DNA of 63,755 nucleotides, taken from positions 1 to 63,755 of the forward strand of contig CALWFA010000002.1 of the NCBI GenBank assembly GCA_944377465.1, in the 5' to 3' direction. The position numbers and the translations under genes were made by a program. The stretch is from an uncultured Clostridia bacterium. GTDB taxonomy: Bacteria > Bacillota > Clostridia > Christensenellales > UBA1242. The notes under the pieces are model-generated. The model worked only from the letters and a program-made list of their open reading frames with translations, was not told the DNA's origin and made no database searches. Positions 1-7,695 of the stretch are shown piece by piece; position 1 is the first letter of the stretch, and each line of letters opens with the position of its first letter.

Positions 1-149
1 GTCACAAACTGCGCGAAACTCGATTGAATACTATCGTAATTCAATCATCGATTGGTGCTTGTTTGTTCCTTTCCCATATCGACAATGTCTCATGGGTCCC
101 ATTATCGACATCGCTCATCATGCAAAATATGAGCATGTGATATTAATTT

Positions 150-944
150 CTATTCTGTAGGATTTATCCTAAATATTGTACCTCTATGTTCATGATGAGA
201 GATGTCGAGGCGGATATTTACATTTGGTATAATGTTTTTGCTCTCGAGATAATTTGCTATGGTGGATACTGCGAGATTGACAGTATTGCTATGCTCGCTG
301 ATGTGTGATAGCACTACGAGTCGAGTACCAGATTTCACCAAGCGCTCGATCGCCTTGGCACAATTAATATTTGACAGGTGTCCTCTCGGACCATTGATTC
401 TTCGCTTTAAGAACGGTGGATAATTAGGATAAGACATGAGCATCTCAGGGTCGTAATTTGCTTCTAGATATATCAGAGCGCTCGATTTCACGGCTTCAAA
501 GGTGTCGTCGCTGAAATGTCCTAAGTCGGTGCATATTGATACGACCGCGTCACGCTCGGATACTCGATAGCCTACGCAATATTTGCTGTCATGTGGCAAA
601 GGAAAGGGCTGTATGTGTAGATCTCCGATATGAAAGTCAGAATCAAAGAAATTGAATTGACTCGAGTCTATGTGTATCTGATTCCTTATGATTTCGCTGA
701 TTTCGTAATGAGCATATACATGAGTGTTGTATGTACGGGCAAACTTTTCTATACCTTTGATATGATCGCTGTGTTCGTGAGTTATCAATATCGCATCTAT
801 AGTAGCAGGATCGACTTTTAGCTCATTTAGAGCATCAAAAATATAAGATAATGGCTTGCCATTGTCTATCAAAATTCGAGTATTTTCCGTTTCTATATAA
901 GTACAGTTTCCACTGCTACCACTAGCTAAATTGCATACACGCAT
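150..944 (-). CDS. MBL-fold metallo-hydrolase (YycJ/WalJ-like)
   Basis: 264-aa ORF. The N-terminus MRVCNLASGSSGNCTYIE and the HxHxDH metal motif (ITHEHSDHIKG) are typical of beta-lactamase-fold hydrolases. Confidence 0.85.
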   Translation of the reverse strand: MRVCNLASGSSGNCTYIETENTRILIDNGKPLSYIFDALNELKVDPATIDAILITHEHSDHIKGIEKFARTYNTHVYAHYEISEIIRNQIHIDSSQFNFFDSDFHIGDLHIQPFPLPHDSKYCVGYRVSERDAVVSICTDLGHFSDDTFEAVKSSALIYLEANYDPEMLMSYPNYPPFLKRRINGPRGHLSNINCAKAIERLVKSGTRLVVLSHISEHSNTVNLAVSTIANYLESKNIIPNVNIRLDISHHEHRGTIFRINPTE

Positions 945-950
945 AGCCGT

Positions 951-979
951 ATATTAGCAAAAAAATAAAAAATAAGCAA
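951..979 (-). promoter_or_regulatory. sigma-70-type promoter of the MBL-fold gene (leaderless candidate)
   Basis: The minus strand reads TTGCTT-17nt-(TGc)TAATAT-acggct-ATG. The -10 box ends 6 nt before the start codon and there is no SD. Confidence 0.5.
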
Positions 980-1188
980 TAATTTTACAAAATTTGCAAA
1001 TATTTGGATAAATTTAAGATAATTTCAAAGATTTTTTAAATTTTCATAATTAATATGTATTACATTTTTAAAAGGTAGGTTTAATAAGCAGATTAAAAAA
1101 GATTTAGTAAAGTATGAAGCGTATATAATTTTAGTCAAATTTATATAGAAATTCTCGTATATTGTGTGTACATTCTATGAGGTTTTTC

Positions 1189-1217
1189 TTGACAAGATGA
1201 GCATGTTTTGCTAAAAT
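1189..1217 (+). promoter_or_regulatory. sigma-70-type promoter of the hflX leader
   Basis: TTGACA (1189-1194), 17-nt spacer, extended -10 TGcTAAAAT (1209-1217). Confidence 0.55.
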
Positions 1218-1239
1218 TAAACGCGTTAGGAGGTGTGAG

Positions 1240-1269
1240 ATGAGTAATTTAATTAATCTCACAATGTAA
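1240..1269 (+). CDS. candidate 9-codon leader peptide (MSNLINLTM) upstream of hflX
   Basis: A perfect SD (AGGAGG, 1228-1233) lies 6 nt upstream of ATG 1240. The mini-ORF is embedded in alternative helices (see findings). No coding-potential evidence is possible at this length. Confidence 0.3.
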   Translation: MSNLINLTM

Positions 1270-1415
1270 GAGAAGTATTAATTAGGATATCAATTTTTTG
1301 ATAGAATACTAAAATGAATCAAAGAAAAGATACGCGAAATCAAGATCTTTTTCTTTTATTTATTATTTTACATTGTGATTTAGATGTATTTATTAATTTA
1401 TTAAAAGGAGAGATT

Positions 1416-2504
1416 ATGAGAAATATTGAAATAAAAAAAGAAAAAGCGTATCTAGTGTGTCCATATACAAACCTTGAGAATGCGGACTATAGGTCAAAAG
1501 AATTAGAGCTTCTAGCAGAGTCTGCAATGTTTGAAGTGGTGAAGACAAATGTCTTTTTAGTAAAAGAGATCAATGCCCGTACATATTTTGGACAGGGAAA
1601 GGTAGAAGAAATAGCAGAAGAAGCTAAAAATCTCGGTGTAGATGTGGTGATATTTGATTGTCCACTGACTGGATCTCAGCTTAGAAATTTAAAAGATGCC
1701 ATTGATATCAAGTCTATAGATAGAACTATGCTAATACTCGACATATTTGCAGGTCGAGCAAAGTCGAGTGAAGGTAAGATACAGGTCGAACTAGCAGAAC
1801 TAAAATATTCACTACCGCGATTGGCTACAATTCAAGAGTATAACAATAACGAAGGAAGAGGCAGTGTATCAAAGGGACTGGGTGAATCACGACTTGAGCT
1901 GTATCGAAGAAAAGTACAAGACAAAATCGTAAAACTAGAAAAAGAGATCAAAGAGATCCAAAAGCGCCGACAGACCACACGAAAACAGCGTCTCAGCAGA
2001 ATGAAGAGCGTGGCACTAGTCGGATATACCAATGCTGGCAAGTCTACTCTGATGAATGCTATCGCAAAGGCGGACACATATGCTGATGATAGACTTTTTG
2101 CTACTCTAGATGTGTTGACGAAACGCGTATGGGACGAAGGGTGCGAATATGTGGTCGTAGATACAGTCGGCTTCGTGAGCAATCTACCGCACGAGCTAAT
2201 GTATGCCTTCTCCGCCACCCTAGAAGAGACTATGGATGCAGATATGTTGCTGGTAGTCGTAGACGCCAGTGATCCGCATAAATACGAACAGATAGAAGTA
2301 GTACTAGAAGAGCTAAAAAAGCAGAAAGTAGAGTCCGATAGGATAGTGCTAGTATATAATAAGATTGACAAATTAACTAATGAAGAGATATCGTCTCTTG
2401 CGAGCTATCCTTTCGACACTTGCTATATCGGAGCGAAGAGTGGCAAAAATGTCATTCAGCTAAAACAATTAATTCGTGAGAAATTGACCACTAGATATAT
2501 TTAA
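1416..2504 (+). CDS. hflX: GTPase HflX
   Basis: The ORF-track start is 1314, but an AAGGAG SD (1405-1410) precedes ATG 1416 (MRNIEIKK). HflX N-domain signature (GKIQVELAELKYSLPRL) and G-domain motifs GYTNAGKST, DTVGF and NKID are present. Confidence 0.9.
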   Translation: MRNIEIKKEKAYLVCPYTNLENADYRSKELELLAESAMFEVVKTNVFLVKEINARTYFGQGKVEEIAEEAKNLGVDVVIFDCPLTGSQLRNLKDAIDIKSIDRTMLILDIFAGRAKSSEGKIQVELAELKYSLPRLATIQEYNNNEGRGSVSKGLGESRLELYRRKVQDKIVKLEKEIKEIQKRRQTTRKQRLSRMKSVALVGYTNAGKSTLMNAIAKADTYADDRLFATLDVLTKRVWDEGCEYVVVDTVGFVSNLPHELMYAFSATLEETMDADMLLVVVDASDPHKYEQIEVVLEELKKQKVESDRIVLVYNKIDKLTNEEISSLASYPFDTCYIGAKSGKNVIQLKQLIREKLTTRYI

Positions 2505-2510
2505 ACAATA

Positions 2511-2568
2511 AAAGACCTATCGAAAGAGTGTTCTCTACGGGGTTCACTTTACACTTAGGTCTTTTTTT
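2511..2568 (+). terminator. possible intrinsic terminator after hflX
   Basis: AAAGACCTA (2511-2519) pairs with TAGGTCTTT (2556-2564) and is followed by a T-run. The loop is unusually large (~36 nt). Confidence 0.4.
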
Positions 2569-2775
2569 ATTGACTCTATAGACGAATCACCGTCTTCAAA
2601 ATAAAAATCTATATATTAAAATTTCTACAAACGGCGAAAGAGATCTATAAAAATATAATCGTAGTCACATTTTTTTATTTACTCAAATAGTATGTAGTAT
2701 ACAAAAGATGTGTTAGGTACCAAAGACAAAGACTTTTGTAGTACATATTGAATTAGAAATACATTAGGAGGAATT

Positions 2776-2988
2776 ATGTTTAATAAATTCTTTGGCGGTA
2801 ACGACTGCGGCAACGACTGTGGTTGTGGCGGTTCTAGCTGCGGATGCAACGACTGCACTTGGATAATCATCTTGATACTTATCCTTTGTAATTGTGGTTG
2901 CAAAGTAGATCCTTGCTTACTCATAATCATACTATTAATACTTTGTGGTTGTGGCTGTGGCAATGGCAAGAAAGATTTCAACTGCTAA
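2776..2988 (+). CDS. small Cys/Gly-rich protein with two hydrophobic segments (YjcZ-like composition)
   Basis: 70-aa ORF with SD TAGGAGG 7 nt upstream and a clean terminator downstream. The sequence is GGNDCGNDCGCGGSSCGCNDC-TWIIILILILCNCGC-KVDPC-LLIIILLILCGCGCGNGKK. Confidence 0.6.
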   Translation: MFNKFFGGNDCGNDCGCGGSSCGCNDCTWIIILILILCNCGCKVDPCLLIIILLILCGCGCGNGKKDFNC

Positions 2989-3045
2989 TCAGCATCAAAA
3001 ATTTGAATCGATTTTAATAGTCTAAATAGACGAGTGGTTTAATCA

Positions 3046-3067
3046 AAATGGGCGAAAGCCCATTTTT
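3046..3067 (+). terminator. intrinsic terminator
   Basis: AAATGGGC-GAAA-GCCCATTT hairpin (GNRA-type loop) followed by a T-run. Confidence 0.75.
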
Positions 3068-3311
3068 CTAATCTTTTAATGACATTGATATACGCTTTGC
3101 GCAAATGGACTATGGTCAAAAAATAATCATAATAGCACATTTTACTTAATGACGGATATATACTCTCGAAAAGCAATATCAAGAGCCCGCTATCATTCAC
3201 TATATTGAATATTTCTAGGTATATTAAATTTATATTATATGCGATAAATTAAATTAATTATAGTTCTATAATAATGTTTTAAATACTCTATATTCATTTA
3301 ATATTTCCTTA

Positions 3312-3340
3312 TTGACAAATTTTCATCCGTGTTATATAAT
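3312..3340 (+). promoter_or_regulatory. sigma-70-type promoter
   Basis: TTGACA (3312-3317), 17 nt, TATAAT (3335-3340). Confidence 0.55.
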
Positions 3341-3362
3341 CATCAAAGACAAAGGAGAAACA

Positions 3363-3647
3363 ATGTATACTGTGAAGATAGTGAGAAGAGTACTTAGGAT
3401 TGGCACACTTACTAGAATTGAGGAAGAGACTTATGAGATACCTACATCTATTATTTGCTCGCAAGATGGACATATCATGGACTACAATAGTCATTTTAGA
3501 GCATATAGGTGCACATGTGATAAATGTAATAACTGGATCAGCGGGGAAGACTATGTGATGGAGCAGTTAGCACAGGCTCAAGCTGAGGATATAGAGGATT
3601 ATTCGGATAGCTTTGATGAAGATACTATAGAGACAGCGCCATTCTAA
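3363..3647 (+). CDS. hypothetical protein (94 aa)
   Basis: ATG 3363 is preceded by an AAAGGAGA SD; the ORF-track start 3312 lies inside the promoter. Cys cluster CTCDKCNNW, acidic C-terminus, no family recognised. Confidence 0.55.
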   Translation: MYTVKIVRRVLRIGTLTRIEEETYEIPTSIICSQDGHIMDYNSHFRAYRCTCDKCNNWISGEDYVMEQLAQAQAEDIEDYSDSFDEDTIETAPF

Positions 3648-3841
3648 GGCGTGACTCTGATGCCTAAATCCCTTGTATAGGTTGATTATTAAAGTATTTT
3701 AGAAGCGAAATGGTAAGTAAAAACTTTTATTTAGACTAATATATTATTTTAATTTGCTGTATATAGATAAATTTTGTTTTGAACTTGACTAAACAGCTCA
3801 TTTTTGGGCGAAAATTTATAAAAAAATTTGCAATAAATCTA

Positions 3842-3870
3842 TTGACATAAATTGAACATTGTGATATTAT
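3842..3870 (+). promoter_or_regulatory. sigma-70-type promoter of rpoBC
   Basis: TTGACA (3842-3847), 17 nt, extended -10 TGaTATTAT (3862-3870). It is followed by a ~90-nt leader containing a nested hairpin (TCTCAAG...CTTGAGA). Confidence 0.55.
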
Positions 3871-3962
3871 ACATTAGTATGTATTATAGTCTCAAGTGGA
3901 AAATGGCGCTTTTATACTTATAAAGTATAACCTTGAGATACAACTTAATAAGGAGTTAATGA

Positions 3963-6900
3963 ATGAATTCAAACACACTCAATATCAAAAAAATCAAATG
4001 TGGCAAGGCAGAGAGATACAGTTTCGCAAAGAAAGAAGTCCCATATGTGATGCCAAACTTACTCAACATTCAAATCGAGTCTTACAAGAAATTCTTAGAG
4101 AAAGATATTGGTGAGGTGTTGAACGAATTTAATCCTATCGTAGACTACTCGAATAAAGCCGAGTTGTCTTTTTTAGGTTATTCGATCGACAAGACACCTA
4201 AATATTCATGGGCGGAGTGTAAGCGTAGACAGATAAACTACACTGTGCCACTTAAGGTCAATGTTCGTTTACTCGTGAAAGAGACTGGTCAGATCATGGA
4301 TCAAGAGGTCTTCATGGGCGACATTCCTTATATGTCTAATGATGGTGGTTTTATTTGCAATGGTGTCGAGCGTGTAGTACTCAATCAGCTGATCAAAGCA
4401 CCGGGCGTAGTTTTCACTGGTGAAGTAAATAAATATGGTAGAATGGACTATATAGGACTCATTCAGCCTAGTCATGGTATGAGAATTCAGACAGAGCAAG
4501 TCACTGGCGATTCTATGCGTGTGATGGTAGAGGGCAAGTACAAGATGAGCCTAGGTGTTTTATTAAAATGCTTTGGCTACACCAATGAAGAGCTTAGGAC
4601 TATCTTTGCTAATCACCCATTCATTGTAAACACTCTAGAGAAAGAGCCTCAGACCACACAGGAAGAAGCATTGATAGAGTTTGGACGAAAGACTCGTCCA
4701 GGCGAGATCCCGAATCCAGACAATACACTGGCATATATAAATGACCGATTCTTTAATCAACAGCAGTACAATCTCGAAAAAGTGGGCAGATTTAAGATCA
4801 ATAAGAAGCTATCAATCGCAAATCGTATCGTAAATCAGATCGCAGGTGAAGATATCAAATCAGGCAGAAAAGTATTTGTGACAAAGGGTGAAATGATCGA
4901 CCTAGACACTGCAAAAGAGATTCAGAATGCAGGCATAAACGAAGTAGATGTCCTAGTAAATGACAAACTAGTGCATGTGGTAGGAAATAAGCGTGTAGAT
5001 TTAATGGCGTATGCAAAGCTAAACCCAGAAGAATTCGAAATCACAGAATTAGTATATCTTCCATTATTGCAACAGCTGATGAAAGAGCACAAAGATGCTG
5101 ATTCTTTGAAAGAAGCTATACGAGCAAATGCGAGAAAGCTAGAAGATTATCAGATCACTCTAGACGATATCATCGCTACTATCAGCTATCATCTAAACTT
5201 AATCGACGGCTTAGGTGAGACTGACGAAATAGATAACCTTTCTATGAGAAGAGTAGCTACTTCGGGTGAGCTATTGAGAAATGAATTTAGACGCGGTATG
5301 GTGAAATTGCAGACTCAGGCGCGTGAAGCGATGCAGAGTAGAGATTTGACCGATGCTACTCCATCTCAGATAGTAAATGCCCGTCAGATCAATAAGGCGT
5401 TTAAAGAATTCATGGCTACTAGCCAGCTTAGCTCAATGATGGATCAGACGAATCCATCTGCTAGTCTAAGGAATAAGAGAAGATTGTCATCATTTGGTGT
5501 AGGTGGTGTGCAGAAAGAGCGTGCTCCAGCAGAAGTGCGTGATATCAACCCATCTCACTACGGTCGTATATGCGTGGTTGAGACTCCAGAAGGTCAGCCG
5601 ATCGGTCTGATGACTTCACTCGCAGCATATGCACGCGTAAATAGATATGGTTTCATTGAGACTCCGTACAGGAAAGTAGATCCAAAGACACACAAGATTA
5701 CGAATGATATAGTTTTCTTGATGTCTGACGAAGAGCGTGGTCACTACATTGCTCAGACTACAATCGATGTAGACGAAAACGATGTGATCAAAGAAGGATA
5801 TGTAGATTGCCGATACAATGGACAGGCTACTCGCGTAGATTCAAATATGATCGACATGGTAGATTTGAGCCCTAGACAATTATTGTCAGTCGGTGCTAGT
5901 ATGATACCGTTTGTAGAAAACTGCGCAGGTAACAGAGCATTGATGGGCTGTAACATGCAATGTCAATCTGTGCCACTAATTAGGACAGAGAGCCCAATCA
6001 TTGGTACTGGTATTGAGCACAAGGTCGCAGTCGACTCTGGTGCGCTGATATTAGCAGAGCTGGACGGCGTATGTAAATATGTATCATCTGACTGTATCAC
6101 TATGGAATATGCAGATGGTAGTATAGTTAATCATAAATTGAGAAAATTCGAGCGTACGAATGAAAAAGTATGCTTCAATCAAAAACCAATCGTCAAGAAA
6201 GGCGAAAAAGTGAAGAAAGGTGATGTACTAGCAGATGGTGCATCTACAGATAAGGGTGAGATGGCTCTCGGAAAGAACCTGACAGTCGCATTCATGAACT
6301 GGGAAGGATACAATTTCGAGGACGCTATCTTGGTCAACGAGCGTATAGTGCGAGATGATGTATTCACATCTATCTGTATCCAGCAGGTAAAGACTGAAGC
6401 TAGGACGACGAAACTAGGTGATGAAGAGATCACTAGAGATATTGCGGGCGTAGGTGAAGATGCGCTAAAGAACCTAGATGAGAATGGTATCGTCCGCATC
6501 GGTACAGAAGTGAAAGTCGGCGATATTCTAGTAGGAAAGGTGACTCCTAAGGGAGAGACCGATCTTACTCCAGAAGAGAGACTATTAAAGGCTATCTTCG
6601 GTGAAAAGACTAAGGAAGTAAAGAATACTTCGCTTAAGGTAAAACATGGTGAAGAGGGTGTCGTAGTCGGTGTCGAAATCTTGTCTAGAAAGAATAAAGA
6701 TGAGCTAGACGCTGGTGTAAATGTGATGGTAAAAGTCTTCATCGCACAGAAGCGTATCCTTCAGGTCGGCGACAAACTCGCAGGACGATATGGTAATAAG
6801 GGTGTAATTTCAGTAGTATTGCCAGAGAGCGATATGCCATATATGCCTAATGGTGAGACTGTGGATATCGTATTGAACCCACTGGGTATCCCATCTCGTA

Positions 6901-7646
6901 TGAACATCGGACAGCTACTCGAAATGCACTTAGGCTGGGCAGCAAAGCATCTTGATTGGAAGATCGCGACTCCAGCATTCGATGGCGCAAAAGAAGAGGA
7001 TATCAAAGAATTGTTGCGTGCAAATAATCTGCCAGAAGATGGTAAGATGCAGTTATATGACGGTCGTACTGGTCTACCTTTTGAAAACAAGACTACAGTC
7101 GGCGTGATGTATATGCTCAAGCTGATCCACATGGTAGATGACAAGATCCACGCGCGTGGTATCGGTACTTATGCGCTCATCACTCAACAGCCACTCGGCG
7201 GTCGCGGACAGCTCGGTGGACAGCGTTTCGGTGAAATGGAAGTGTGGGCGCTAGAAGCGTATGGTGCATCCAGACTATTGCAAGAGATGCTGACTATCAA
7301 GTCAGATGATGTCGAGGGTCGTATCAAGACATATGAAGCTATCGTCAAGGGAGAGCCTATCCCAGAGCCAGGCATGCCTGAATCGTTTAAAGTATTAGTA
7401 AAGGAAATGCAAGGTCTATGTCTAGATGTCAAGATCCTCACCGCAGACAATCATGAGCTCACTATCAATGAAGTCAGTGATGAAGGCGAAGAAGTCAGTG
7501 CTGTCGAGCCAGTCAATAAGCAAGCTCTCGAAGATGTCACTCTCGAATTTGATGATATTCAGAATGATTATGAGAACGATATCAATAGTACAGCCTTCGA
7601 CGAATCAGCACTATTTGATGACCTTGATGATAATATGGATGATTAG
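3963..7646 (+). CDS. rpoB: DNA-directed RNA polymerase subunit beta
   Basis: 1227 aa. Conserved RpoB blocks are present (VVETPEGQPIGL, NMQCQSVPL, GGQRFGEMEVWALEAYGA). AAGGAG SD. Acidic C-terminal tail. Confidence 0.98.
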   Translation: MNSNTLNIKKIKCGKAERYSFAKKEVPYVMPNLLNIQIESYKKFLEKDIGEVLNEFNPIVDYSNKAELSFLGYSIDKTPKYSWAECKRRQINYTVPLKVNVRLLVKETGQIMDQEVFMGDIPYMSNDGGFICNGVERVVLNQLIKAPGVVFTGEVNKYGRMDYIGLIQPSHGMRIQTEQVTGDSMRVMVEGKYKMSLGVLLKCFGYTNEELRTIFANHPFIVNTLEKEPQTTQEEALIEFGRKTRPGEIPNPDNTLAYINDRFFNQQQYNLEKVGRFKINKKLSIANRIVNQIAGEDIKSGRKVFVTKGEMIDLDTAKEIQNAGINEVDVLVNDKLVHVVGNKRVDLMAYAKLNPEEFEITELVYLPLLQQLMKEHKDADSLKEAIRANARKLEDYQITLDDIIATISYHLNLIDGLGETDEIDNLSMRRVATSGELLRNEFRRGMVKLQTQAREAMQSRDLTDATPSQIVNARQINKAFKEFMATSQLSSMMDQTNPSASLRNKRRLSSFGVGGVQKERAPAEVRDINPSHYGRICVVETPEGQPIGLMTSLAAYARVNRYGFIETPYRKVDPKTHKITNDIVFLMSDEERGHYIAQTTIDVDENDVIKEGYVDCRYNGQATRVDSNMIDMVDLSPRQLLSVGASMIPFVENCAGNRALMGCNMQCQSVPLIRTESPIIGTGIEHKVAVDSGALILAELDGVCKYVSSDCITMEYADGSIVNHKLRKFERTNEKVCFNQKPIVKKGEKVKKGDVLADGASTDKGEMALGKNLTVAFMNWEGYNFEDAILVNERIVRDDVFTSICIQQVKTEARTTKLGDEEITRDIAGVGEDALKNLDENGIVRIGTEVKVGDILVGKVTPKGETDLTPEERLLKAIFGEKTKEVKNTSLKVKHGEEGVVVGVEILSRKNKDELDAGVNVMVKVFIAQKRILQVGDKLAGRYGNKGVISVVLPESDMPYMPNGETVDIVLNPLGIPSRMNIGQLLEMHLGWAAKHLDWKIATPAFDGAKEEDIKELLRANNLPEDGKMQLYDGRTGLPFENKTTVGVMYMLKLIHMVDDKIHARGIGTYALITQQPLGGRGQLGGQRFGEMEVWALEAYGASRLLQEMLTIKSDDVEGRIKTYEAIVKGEPIPEPGMPESFKVLVKEMQGLCLDVKILTADNHELTINEVSDEGEEVSAVEPVNKQALEDVTLEFDDIQNDYENDINSTAFDESALFDDLDDNMDD

Positions 7647-7695
7647 TAGATTTATAATAAAATCAAATGAATCAGTTTTTTAGGAGAAAATAATA

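Noticed and set aside
416-424. A DnaA-box-like GTGGATAAT sequence.
   Set aside because: It is a single imperfect copy inside the MBL-fold CDS, there is no cluster of boxes, and no dnaA/dnaN context. It is not an origin.
1314-1415. The ORF-track N-terminal extension of hflX (MNQRKDTRNQDLFLLFIILHCDLDVFINLLKGEI).
   Set aside because: No SD precedes ATG 1314. The extension is low-complexity AT-rich leader sequence and overlaps the predicted attenuator structures. ATG 1416 has an AAGGAG SD and gives a normal HflX N-terminus.
2679-2981. A 100-aa PQ-rich ORF antisense to the Cys/Gly-rich peptide gene.
   Set aside because: It is a compositional mirror of the TGC/GGC-rich sense strand. It has no SD or promoter, and the terminator orientation fits the plus-strand gene.
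6179-6742. Long antisense 'shadow' ORFs inside rpoB, rpoC, uvrA, uvrB, groEL, valS, clpX and the giant gene (for example 6179-6742, 10647-11093, 25248-25760, 57371-57853).
   Set aside because: They overlap confidently identified genes on the opposite strand. They are Ser/Thr/Ile/Phe-rich, as expected for antisense frames of AT-rich genes, and they lack SDs.
7426-7646. The long acidic C-terminal tail of RpoB (…FDESALFDDLDDNMDD) as a possible novelty.
   Set aside because: Acidic C-terminal extensions of RpoB are common in Bacillota, so this is not distinctive.
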